Shown one piece after another: positions 1-8,315 of a stretch of DNA of 64,000 bases. Position 1 is the first letter of the stretch, and each line of letters opens with the position of its first letter. The position numbers were made by a program, and so were the translations under genes. The notes beneath the pieces are model-generated. The model made no database searches. It had not been told where the DNA came from and worked only from the letters and a program-made list of their open reading frames with translations. The stretch is from Candidatus Zhuqueibacterota bacterium. GTDB lineage: Bacteria > BS750m-G25. Location of the stretch: the NCBI GenBank assembly GCA_016783505.1, contig JADHWK010000003.1, forward strand, positions 1 through 64,000, given 5' to 3'.

Positions 1-617
1 ATTGGCAGGAAATCTTTGCCCAAGCCGGCTTCAGCATGTCTTAAAAACTCTCCTGACTCATCCAACAAGATGATCCAGGCATTGTAGTATTCTCTATTCT
101 CGATGAGATTCTCACAGGTGCTTTTCAGCAATCTGTCGCGGTCCTTTTCTCTGATAATGAGTTGATTGACGCTGCGAATAGCTCGCAGTACAAGGTTCAA
201 GTGTTTTAATTTCTTTTCCGCTATTCTCTTTGATCGGCGAACCTCTGCCTCGTTCAGCTCTCTTTTAATTGCGGGAATGAACCTTGAGAAATTGCTCTTC
301 ATTATAAAGTCATGGGCTCCTGCTTTCAGAGAATCCACTGCTGCTTCTTCACCTATAACTCCTGATACGATTATGAATGGAAGGTCCAGACCACTATTAC
401 GTAATAATTCCAACGCTTCTGAAACAGAGAAATGAGGCATATTATAATCAGAAATAATGATATCCCATTTCTGTTGGTTAAGCGCTTCGCTCATGGCGTC
501 GCTAGTGTCAACCCGCCGAAAGGTAACATCATAGTTGTTCTTTTTAATCTCCCGAGCTAGTAATAGCGCGTCATCTTCAGAGTCTTCAATAATCAATACT
601 CGAAGAGTTGTTTTCAT
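1..617 (-). CDS. Response-regulator receiver plus downstream GAF-like sensor domain (runs off the window, 3' partial)
   Basis: Manual translation from ATG at 617: MKTTLRVLIIEDSEDDALL...DIIISDYNMPHFS...PFIIVSG..GEEAAVDSLKAGAHDFIMK, then NLVLRAIRSVNQLI; not in the ORF track because it is incomplete. Confidence 0.85.
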   Translation of the reverse strand, partial: MKTTLRVLIIEDSEDDALLLAREIKKNNYDVTFRRVDTSDAMSEALNQQKWDIIISDYNMPHFSVSEALELLRNSGLDLPFIIVSGVIGEEAAVDSLKAGAHDFIMKSNFSRFIPAIKRELNEAEVRRSKRIAEKKLKHLNLVLRAIRSVNQLIIREKDRDRLLKSTCENLIENREYYNAWIILLDESGEFLRHAEAGLGKDFLP

Positions 618-629
618 GACAATCCTCCG

Positions 630-1067
630 TTATTTTGGTGGAGATTCGTTCAAGACCAGCCAGTATAATCCTAATTGTCTTACCGCTTCACTGAACTGGA
701 TGAAGTCCACCGGTTTTTTAATATAGCTGTTTGCACCCAATTTGTAGCTTTCAACTAAGTCGCTCTCCTCGGTTGATGAAGTAAGTATGACCACAGGAAG
801 CAGTTTTGTCCGCTTGACTGCTCTGATTCGTTTCAATACTTCGAGTCCGTTAATCTTTGGCAGCTTAAGATCCAAAAGAATAACTTCAGGAAGTTCTTCG
901 ATTTCTCGATCAGCGTATTTACCAGAACAGAAAAGATAGTCTAGTGCTTCTGCTCCGTCACTTACCACAATCACCTCGTTCATTATTTGGTTTTTCTTAA
1001 GAGCCCTTAAAGTCAGATCCTGGTCGTCAGGATTATCTTCTACAAGTAAAATAGTTTTTTTATCCAT
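630..1067 (-). CDS. Single-domain response regulator (CheY/Rcp1-like)
   Basis: ILLVEDNPDD, ILLDLKLPKING, VVILTSS, ANSYIKKPVDF; likely start MDKKT at 1067 rather than 1151. Confidence 0.9.
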   Translation of the reverse strand: MDKKTILLVEDNPDDQDLTLRALKKNQIMNEVIVVSDGAEALDYLFCSGKYADREIEELPEVILLDLKLPKINGLEVLKRIRAVKRTKLLPVVILTSSTEESDLVESYKLGANSYIKKPVDFIQFSEAVRQLGLYWLVLNESPPK

Positions 1068-1086
1068 TTTATTTCTCCTTTTTAGA

Positions 1087-2574
1087 TTACAATGTGAAAT
1101 AGAAGGTTGCACCTTTTTCAACCGCGCCTTCCGCCCATACTTTTCCACCATGACGGTTGATAATGCGCTTGACAGTGGCTAAACCTATACCAGTACCTTC
1201 GAACTCCTTTGAAGAGTGCAAGCGCTGAAAAGCGTTAAATAGTTTATCAGTATATAGTGATTCGAAACCAGCACCGTCGTCACGGACAAAAAACACCTCT
1301 TTGCCATCACTCTGAGTGACACCAAATTCTATTCTTGCCTTTAGACGGTTCCCGGTGAACTTCCAGGCATTGCTCAGCAGGTTTTCCATTAGGAGACGCA
1401 AGAGATGTGTGTCACCACAAGTGGTTAATCCCGGCGCGACAACAAAGGTAACCTGACGCTCGGGTTGTGTCTTCCGAAGCTCCTCAGCGATTGACTGTGC
1501 CAGGGCACTGAGGTTAACCGTCTCGTGTCTCATTTCACTACGTGTCACGCGCGATAGACTGAGCAAATCGTCAATGAGCACTCCCATGCGCTGGGTGGCC
1601 GAACGCACCCGTTGCAGGTAGTCTTTGCCGTTTTCATCTAGCCTATCCGGGTAGTCTTCCATAAGTGCCTGGCTGAACCCATCGATACTCCTCAGCGGTG
1701 CACGCAGGTCATGTGAAACGGAGTAGGCAAAGGCCTCCAGTTCTTTGTTAACGGCAGCGAGTTCGGTGTTGGCTTTTAGAGTTTCCTCTTCGGCTCGCTT
1801 GCGCTCGGCGACTTCTCTATTCAACTCATTGCGCGAGGCAGTGATTCCTTTCAAACTTTCCGTCATTTCATTAAATGCAGCAGCCAATTGGCCAAGCTCG
1901 TCTTTGGTTTGAATCCCGACCTTATGCTCGAGATCTCCTTTACCAATTATTTTTGTACCTTTTGTCAGTTCATCCAGTGGTTTTGAAATACTTCTAGCCA
2001 CAAGTAGTGAAGAAGTTGTTACAGTAATAGCAAGAATTATCATCAAAGCTGAAGTCAAGATTGTACTTAGTCTTTGAAATGCCTTTACTTCAGCCTGTGC
2101 CCCTTCAGCAAGTATGGAAGCACCGGTGAATATTGAGTGGGATGTTATTAATAGATGAGCCACTAATCTTTCCTCTAGTGCAATAGCAGCATCAATCTTT
2201 TCCTGAGAAGCTCCCTCTTGAATAAGCTTTTGTGTTTTTTGGCTACGTTCAGTTATTTTTGTGAATAAATCACCGAGAGAGGCATAATCAGTACGTATTG
2301 ATGTCAGTTCTTCTTTTGCTGCTTCATCCAGAATCTCCGCCAAAGAATTATATTTTGAATGCCATTGCTGCTCCATTCGTTCTTCGCGGTGCAGCAAATA
2401 GTCATATGTAAGTATGTCAAGCTCTGCTACACCTCCGTGTACATTATCTAGTAGCTCATGTTTCTTGCTTCCTTCGGCTATTCTACCTGACGTCACCAAA
2501 ACCAAAGAAAGGAGGATTACAACCAGGATAATTGAAATCCCGGCACTCATATATAATTTGCTTTTGATGTTCAT
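1087..2574 (-). CDS. Membrane sensor histidine kinase (2 TM, HAMP, HisKA, HATPase)
   Basis: [18 protein letters not shown]-box [32 protein letters not shown]. Confidence 0.93.
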   Translation of the reverse strand: MNIKSKLYMSAGISIILVVILLSLVLVTSGRIAEGSKKHELLDNVHGGVAELDILTYDYLLHREERMEQQWHSKYNSLAEILDEAAKEELTSIRTDYASLGDLFTKITERSQKTQKLIQEGASQEKIDAAIALEERLVAHLLITSHSIFTGASILAEGAQAEVKAFQRLSTILTSALMIILAITVTTSSLLVARSISKPLDELTKGTKIIGKGDLEHKVGIQTKDELGQLAAAFNEMTESLKGITASRNELNREVAERKRAEEETLKANTELAAVNKELEAFAYSVSHDLRAPLRSIDGFSQALMEDYPDRLDENGKDYLQRVRSATQRMGVLIDDLLSLSRVTRSEMRHETVNLSALAQSIAEELRKTQPERQVTFVVAPGLTTCGDTHLLRLLMENLLSNAWKFTGNRLKARIEFGVTQSDGKEVFFVRDDGAGFESLYTDKLFNAFQRLHSSKEFEGTGIGLATVKRIINRHGGKVWAEGAVEKGATFYFTL

Positions 2575-2587
2575 TCTAACATCCCTT

Positions 2588-3613
2588 TTAACGAATTATG
2601 GTAACCGCCTTTGGCTTAATCTCTTCCAAAATGTCAGAATAGATATAATCCAGGTAATTGGGAACTTCTGTTGCGTCGGTTAGGTTATTGTCAATTGCCC
2701 ATCGTGCTTCGTCTTCTAAAGTTATTATTATGGCTTGGTCCAGTATCAACTGAAATTCAAAGTCATTCCAGATAGAAACTACAAGCTCTTTATCTAGTTT
2801 TAACCGTTGAGAAACGATATTTATTGCTTCCTCTTTATTTTTCTGGATGAATTCCTCTCCCTTTTCAATTGCTTTCAAGAATCTCTTTAAGGTTTCTGGA
2901 TTATTATCCATAAAATTCCTGTTAGGTACAAAATAAAAATCTTCCCGAAAAATCTTTGCACCTCCTCTAGGCTGAAGACGAACAGCGTTCTCGTCCAGTA
3001 GTTTCTTGGCGTTCCAAATATGTGGTTCCCAGGTACTGATTGCATCTACTCGTCCGTCTACCAGGGCTTGAGGTAACTCTGATGCTTCTATATCAATGGT
3101 CTCAACCTCAGAAAGTTGAAGGCCACTATGAATCAAAAACAAACCTAAGAAGAAGTGTCCGGTCGAGCCCTTGGTTATTCCCACTGTTTTGCCTTTTAGA
3201 TCTGAAGGATTTTTTATCCCTCTATCCTGCCTGGTAAGTATTTTGACATCGTTATTAGAATAAACCATCGTTGCAATAATAACGTAATCATCCCTATCAA
3301 AGCTGTTGAACATAACCGGTGTCTGAGCCACGGTAACCATATCGAGGTTCCCTTCATTCAACATTGTGGCAAGAGCAGTCCTTCCAGAATCAAATTCTTT
3401 GATAGTTAAATCAAGCCCTTCCCTTTCAAAATAGCCTTTATTCTCTGCCACCCAGACTGGCGCCGTAAGCAAGCTGGTTTCCACTCCGAGGGTTACTTTT
3501 TCAATCTCCTCTGGTTTTACCGGCTGTTCTTGACAACCGCCAACTGAAATTCCAATTACAACCAAAATAATCGAGAGCCTAGCATTCATATATAATTTGT
3601 TTTTGATGTTCAT
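2588..3613 (-). CDS. NMT1/SsuA-like ABC substrate-binding protein (lipoprotein)
   Basis: [30 protein letters not shown]; lipobox-like VGGC. Confidence 0.85.
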   Translation of the reverse strand: MNIKNKLYMNARLSIILVVIGISVGGCQEQPVKPEEIEKVTLGVETSLLTAPVWVAENKGYFEREGLDLTIKEFDSGRTALATMLNEGNLDMVTVAQTPVMFNSFDRDDYVIIATMVYSNNDVKILTRQDRGIKNPSDLKGKTVGITKGSTGHFFLGLFLIHSGLQLSEVETIDIEASELPQALVDGRVDAISTWEPHIWNAKKLLDENAVRLQPRGGAKIFREDFYFVPNRNFMDNNPETLKRFLKAIEKGEEFIQKNKEEAINIVSQRLKLDKELVVSIWNDFEFQLILDQAIIITLEDEARWAIDNNLTDATEVPNYLDYIYSDILEEIKPKAVTIIR

Positions 3614-3627
3614 CTTAAACCTCCCTT

Positions 3628-4635
3628 TTAACGTATTATTCCAATAGCTCCCGGTTTAACCTCTTCCAAAGCATCCAGGTAAATATAATCAAGATAGTTT
3701 GGAACTCGTGTGGCATCAGTTAGCTTATTATTGATTCTCCATCTTGCCTGGTCTTCAAATGAGATCAACATGGCCTGTTCAAGGGTAACGGTAAACTCCT
3801 GTTTTGGCCAACTGTAATCTATGTAATCCGATTCATAATCAAATCTATCCTTTACGAACTCTTTGGCTTCTTCAGAATTGTCTTTAATATAATCCTCTGC
3901 CTCTAATACTGATTTTATAAAGCGCTTAGCTGCTGCAGGATTGTTTTTGATCCAATCCTCTTTTGTAAGTAATACAAAGTAAAAATCCTGTCCCCCAGGC
4001 CAGCTTATTGCATTATCACCTAGTTCTTCCTTTATATCATAAACATTAGGGTCCCATGTAAAACCGGCATCTATATCTCCATTAAGCACAGCCTCAACTA
4101 TTTCACCTGGTTTTAAATCAACAAGCTCTACATCTTTGTATGAAAGAGCATTGAATATTAAAAATCTTCCAAGAGCAAACTCACCACCACTCCTTTTTGT
4201 GACTCCAATCTTTTTCCCTATTAAATCATCTATTGTTGTAATTCCTTTATCTTTTCGGGCGACTAATTCCTTAACTTCTACGGTAGCAACAGTTCCAAAT
4301 ACCCTGAGGTCTGTATAATCAAAACTATTGCTGACAAAAACAAAATCGGCCGAGGCGGCAATATCAGCTTCCCCAGCTATAAGCGCATCAGCAGCAGCTT
4401 TACCAGATTGAAAATCTTTTATTGTTACATCCAAACCATTTTCTTCAAAGTATCCCTGAACTTCAGCAACATAAACAAGGGCTCCAGTTTCTCCGGCATA
4501 AGCTGCTAAAGTAATTTTTTTCACAGGTCCCGTGTATTTTTCTGGTTGTTTCTGAATCGGCCAATAAATGCTAATTCCCAGAGTCACCACCACGACCACG
4601 ATGATAATTCCAATTATTGTTTTTATAGACAACAC
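3628..4635 (-). CDS. NMT1/SsuA-like ABC substrate-binding protein, paralog of 2588-3613
   Basis: GYFEENGLDV, DLIGKKIG, IDAGFTWDP; shares the C-terminal [17 protein letters not shown]. Confidence 0.85.
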   Translation of the reverse strand: MLSIKTIIGIIIVVVVVTLGISIYWPIQKQPEKYTGPVKKITLAAYAGETGALVYVAEVQGYFEENGLDVTIKDFQSGKAAADALIAGEADIAASADFVFVSNSFDYTDLRVFGTVATVEVKELVARKDKGITTIDDLIGKKIGVTKRSGGEFALGRFLIFNALSYKDVELVDLKPGEIVEAVLNGDIDAGFTWDPNVYDIKEELGDNAISWPGGQDFYFVLLTKEDWIKNNPAAAKRFIKSVLEAEDYIKDNSEEAKEFVKDRFDYESDYIDYSWPKQEFTVTLEQAMLISFEDQARWRINNKLTDATRVPNYLDYIYLDALEEVKPGAIGIIR

Positions 4636-4649
4636 GCCCTCCTATTAAA

Positions 4650-5768
4650 TTAAAAAAAGAGTTGTAGCTGTAAACGTACCCTATCATCATCTCTGCCTTT
4701 AGTCGCTGCATTGTTCCACAGGTGGCTATAGTCTGCTTGTAATTTTACATGATGACTATTAAAATAGTAGTTTAGAGAGGCTCCTGCCTCTTGAGGGTCA
4801 ATAGTATCTGTTCCGAGCGAGCCATTTTTAGAAATCTTTGCCCATCGTCCGGCAACTTCGAGGCGTTCGGGAAAGAGGAAAAATCCTGTCTGTCCTAAAA
4901 AACCATAATCTGTTTCACTCTTGTCATAATTATGAGCCATATTTGCTAGCGCTAAACCAGAAAACCGTAGATAACGAAACGCAATGTCACCTGTAACGCG
5001 GGTCAGTCTATTATTATCGATACTTGCGTTCCCCTCATCATAAATGGCGGCAACACCGATGGCCAAGCTGGGATCGCTCAATGCTTCAAGATCAGAAATA
5101 AAATAATTATGTTTCCCTAAAATATTCGCCACAATGCGCCCGCCAGTCATTAGCTTGTTATTGAAGTTGACTTGATTACGTCCGTCCCCATTCATTAAAA
5201 ATAAGTCATATTCCAGACGATCTGAGAATAAGGTTCCGTGAACATCCACACCCAAATCGCGCTCAAAACCGAGAACCGTATTGATAATGGAACGATCCAC
5301 ACATTGTAAAGCCCAAGATGGTTCTAAATTTTCATGGTCATAAAAGACAAAAAACTGTCCTATTTTAATCTGGAAATACTTTTTCCATTGCCAGTCTACC
5401 CACATATCCCGCAAATTGGACGTTGCTCCTCCCTGTGTCCCCGGCAATTCAAACATCACTCTAAATTTTAGGTTGGGATTGAAAAAACTACCGAAAAAGC
5501 GCATTTGTCCGCGACGTAAAATAAAAGTATTGGTATCGCTAGCCTTATTGGCTACTACATTATGGAACTGAGGTTGTATCAAAAACTGTATTTTTAACGA
5601 ATAGACACCATCCACCGTTTTAATGTATAATCCCTTTTGGTAACCGATTTCAATCTGTTCGGTCCATGGGTCCTCAGCCTCACCTGCATTGGCCATAAGG
5701 GTGTGTCCCCATAATAAAACGAGGAAGCCGACGGGAAAAAACCACATAGACATTCTTATCATTTTCAT
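4650..5768 (-). CDS. OprO/OprP-family (anion-selective) porin
   Basis: Signal peptide, FILRRGQMRFFG, IKIGQF, FERDLGV, terminal aromatic residue (RLQLQLFF). Confidence 0.75.
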   Translation of the reverse strand: MKMIRMSMWFFPVGFLVLLWGHTLMANAGEAEDPWTEQIEIGYQKGLYIKTVDGVYSLKIQFLIQPQFHNVVANKASDTNTFILRRGQMRFFGSFFNPNLKFRVMFELPGTQGGATSNLRDMWVDWQWKKYFQIKIGQFFVFYDHENLEPSWALQCVDRSIINTVLGFERDLGVDVHGTLFSDRLEYDLFLMNGDGRNQVNFNNKLMTGGRIVANILGKHNYFISDLEALSDPSLAIGVAAIYDEGNASIDNNRLTRVTGDIAFRYLRFSGLALANMAHNYDKSETDYGFLGQTGFFLFPERLEVAGRWAKISKNGSLGTDTIDPQEAGASLNYYFNSHHVKLQADYSHLWNNAATKGRDDDRVRLQLQLFF

Positions 5769-5859
5769 CCTTTCAAATCAGACCCAAAATCGTTTGAAAG
5801 CCTTCATGGTTGCCCAGACTACTCTTTCTTGATCTTGTTGCCCTCCTTCCTCAAGGAAT

Positions 5860-6125
5860 GAAAGATCAAAAGGAGGATTTTTACACAACTCTTGAGACAA
5901 TCCGTTGACTTCCTGTTTCAGTTCAATCTTTCGCTCCTCGCGTCCTACGGCGAGATGATTGAATCTGTCCAGTTTTTCTGGCCTTTGTTTAAGACCCTCC
6001 TACCGTTTACGCTCGGTTTCCGATACTTCGCCCGATGGGACACTTTCTTGCAACTCAGCAATAGTTTGACGCATTTCTACCAATTCATTTATAATTTGTT
6101 CTTTTGTTTTATCTTTACCCCTTAT
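5860..6125 (-). pseudogene. Remnant of a signalling-protein coiled-coil leader/tail with an in-frame stop
   Basis: Manual translation KDKTKEQIINELVEMRQTIAELQE...SETERKR*EGLKQR...DRFNHLAVGREERKIELKQEVNGL; resembles 11093-11254; ends approximate. Confidence 0.55.
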
Positions 6126-6165
6126 GAAAAATATGCCGTAGGGTTGCAAAGTGCCGATAACATTG

Positions 6166-6537
6166 CTAAGCACTGGTATCCTGAATCAATTGTTTTAGGA
6201 TCACAGGTATCTTCTCAAATTCGTTTGATTTATCTAAAAAGAAGTCAGCCCCCAAATCCTTACACTTCTTCCGGTAGTGGGGGTAGGGATAGTTGGTCAG
6301 CATAATTACAACCAGAGCTGGATTATTTTTCTTGACCTCTTGTAGTACTTCGATCCCATTTCCCTGGGGCATACGTATATCTAATATAAGTGCGTCTGGT
6401 TTTAACCCTTTAACTAATTCTATTGTTTGTGCCGCATCCTGGGCCTCATAGATGCCGCTGATTCCCTCTATAGATGAAATCAATTTGGTTAGACTTTTCC
6501 TCACGATTGCGGAGTCATCAGCAATTAGTACTTTCAT
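6166..6537 (-). CDS. Stand-alone receiver-domain response regulator
   Basis: MKVLIADDS, LILDIRMPQGNG, IMLTN, FFLDKS. Confidence 0.9.
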   Translation of the reverse strand: MKVLIADDSAIVRKSLTKLISSIEGISGIYEAQDAAQTIELVKGLKPDALILDIRMPQGNGIEVLQEVKKNNPALVVIMLTNYPYPHYRKKCKDLGADFFLDKSNEFEKIPVILKQLIQDTSA

Positions 6538-6944
6538 TTTGAATCTCTTTACTTAACTACTTTCTAGATTAACTATTCATTTTTTTTAATATACTATTAA
6601 ATAGTATAACATGGTATCGTAAAAAATATGATTTTTTTGTAGTATTTTTTGCTACAAAAGAATAATATGTTTTATAGTAAGAAGAGAATGGCGTGAACTA
6701 ACATACCGCTCTACTTGATAGGGGAACGAGTTTTTTATAAATTGGGATTTGAGAAAAGAGGTTGGGGGATATTAAATCCCGAGGGTAGGCCTAACGAAAA
6801 AAGAGTGGCTGGTGTTCAACGATTAGTTAGGCGGAATTAGTGCTCGCCCTGTAGTAGGGCACCTGAGCGAAAATGTGAGGGATCAGGGATGGGTAATTTA
6901 AACAATTGTTCCATAATGACCATTATGCTTCTATTGCTCTCTTT

Positions 6945-7020
6945 CACCCCCACCTTTACCCCGTTAGATTAAGTAACCTATCTAACGGGGCAAGCCCTCC
7001 TCCGTGGAGGGGGAGGGAAT
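6945..7020. repeat. Nested palindromic repeat (C-rich/G-rich arms with inner CCCCGTTAGAT..ATCTAACGGGG hairpin)
   Basis: Inverted repeats read directly from the sequence. Confidence 0.6.
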
Positions 7021-7073
7021 TTGAGCAAAATAACGTATTTTACTGTACCTTCACAATTGATTTTAACAATAGT

Positions 7074-7706
7074 TCAATCAATTAACTTGTTTTGTATTAC
7101 ATAATGTATAAGTTCAACATTGGATCGCATATTCATTTTATCTAAAATGCGGGCACGATATGTATTTATGGTACTGGGGCTGAGCGAAAGTTCATCAGCT
7201 ATGTCATGGACGGTCTTCCCCAATCCAATTAAGCGGAGAACCTGAAATTCACGGTCGGATAATGATTCGTGAAGTGCCCTACCTTTATCTGATACCAGGG
7301 CAGAAGTTAGGTCTTCAGCAACAGTCTCGCTCACATACTTTCTACCATCAGCTACTTTTCTTATCGCTTTGACTAATTCAGCGGGTGCGCTCTCTTTTGT
7401 TATGTAACCAGATGCCCCTGCCTTTAAGGCCCTGATTGCAAACCGTTCCTCAGGATGCATGCTTAAAATAAGAACATTAATTCGGGGATTTATTGCTTTT
7501 AATTCCTTCAACACATCTAAGCCGCTTCTTCCCGGCATGCTTATATCAAGAACAATAACGTCACACTCTTTTTGCTTTACAAACTCAAGTACTTCCCGAG
7601 AATTTTGGGCTTCACCAACGACACTCAAATCAATCTCTCTGTCAATGATTTTTTTAAAGCCCTCTCTGATAAGAATGTGATCATCGGCAATAAGGATTTT
7701 TATCAT
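7074..7706 (-). CDS. NarL/UvrY-type response regulator (receiver + LuxR HTH)
   Basis: ILIADDH, LDISMPGRSG, LSDREFQVL, LSPSTINTYRARILDKM. Confidence 0.93.
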   Translation of the reverse strand: MIKILIADDHILIREGFKKIIDREIDLSVVGEAQNSREVLEFVKQKECDVIVLDISMPGRSGLDVLKELKAINPRINVLILSMHPEERFAIRALKAGASGYITKESAPAELVKAIRKVADGRKYVSETVAEDLTSALVSDKGRALHESLSDREFQVLRLIGLGKTVHDIADELSLSPSTINTYRARILDKMNMRSNVELIHYVIQNKLID

Positions 7707-7868
7707 TGGTTTACTCCTATTTAAAAAGGTTTTATGCCCTGTTCCCTAATTTTTTTTACGGTCATTAAAATATTGTTAATGAGTGGTGGAGTGGTGAGTG
7801 ATAGAAAAGTGTTGTGTAGTATTTGTCGCTCGCTACTCGTAATATTTCATTATTCTCATCGTGCTTAC

Positions 7869-8266
7869 TTACGCATCTTCTGTGCCTTGTTTGCATTTTC
7901 GGAGATAAGCTATATATCCATTAATCTTCTCTATGAGAAAATAACCGTCCTTCTTGAGTTCTTCGTCATACCCTTTTTCTCCATATCCTTCGTCCAGACA
8001 AACGTTAATATCGTCAAGAATCTCTGCGACTGAACCCCTTGAAATCCTACCCCGATCCATCGGGGGATATTTTCAAGATAATGCCAACGTCCGTGACCTT
8101 CGGCTATATTGTTCGTAACAGAAACGATAGTTTTTCTCATCTGTGGGTTTAAACAATAGCGTTCTTCAGGCGGTAGTTGTTTAATGAGTTTAAAAACTTT
8201 TTGTCTAAACTTCCTCGCCAATTTATACAACTCAAAATCGTCCAACCTGTATTTTACTTTTAGCAT
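7869..8266 (-). pseudogene. Four-helix-bundle (IVS/bAvd-like) protein, frameshifted
   Basis: LPPEERYCL.PQMRK..VSV.NNIAEG.GR in one frame and RISRGSVAE..LIEKINGYIAYL in another; a palindrome at 8050-8065 marks the junction. Confidence 0.85.
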
Positions 8267-8315
8267 TTGGCAGAATTTTCCTTTATATTACCACTAACTA
8301 CTCACCAATAACCAC

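Noticed and set aside
5892-6305. 137-aa plus-strand ORF
   Set aside because: Antisense to a response regulator and to the signalling pseudogene.
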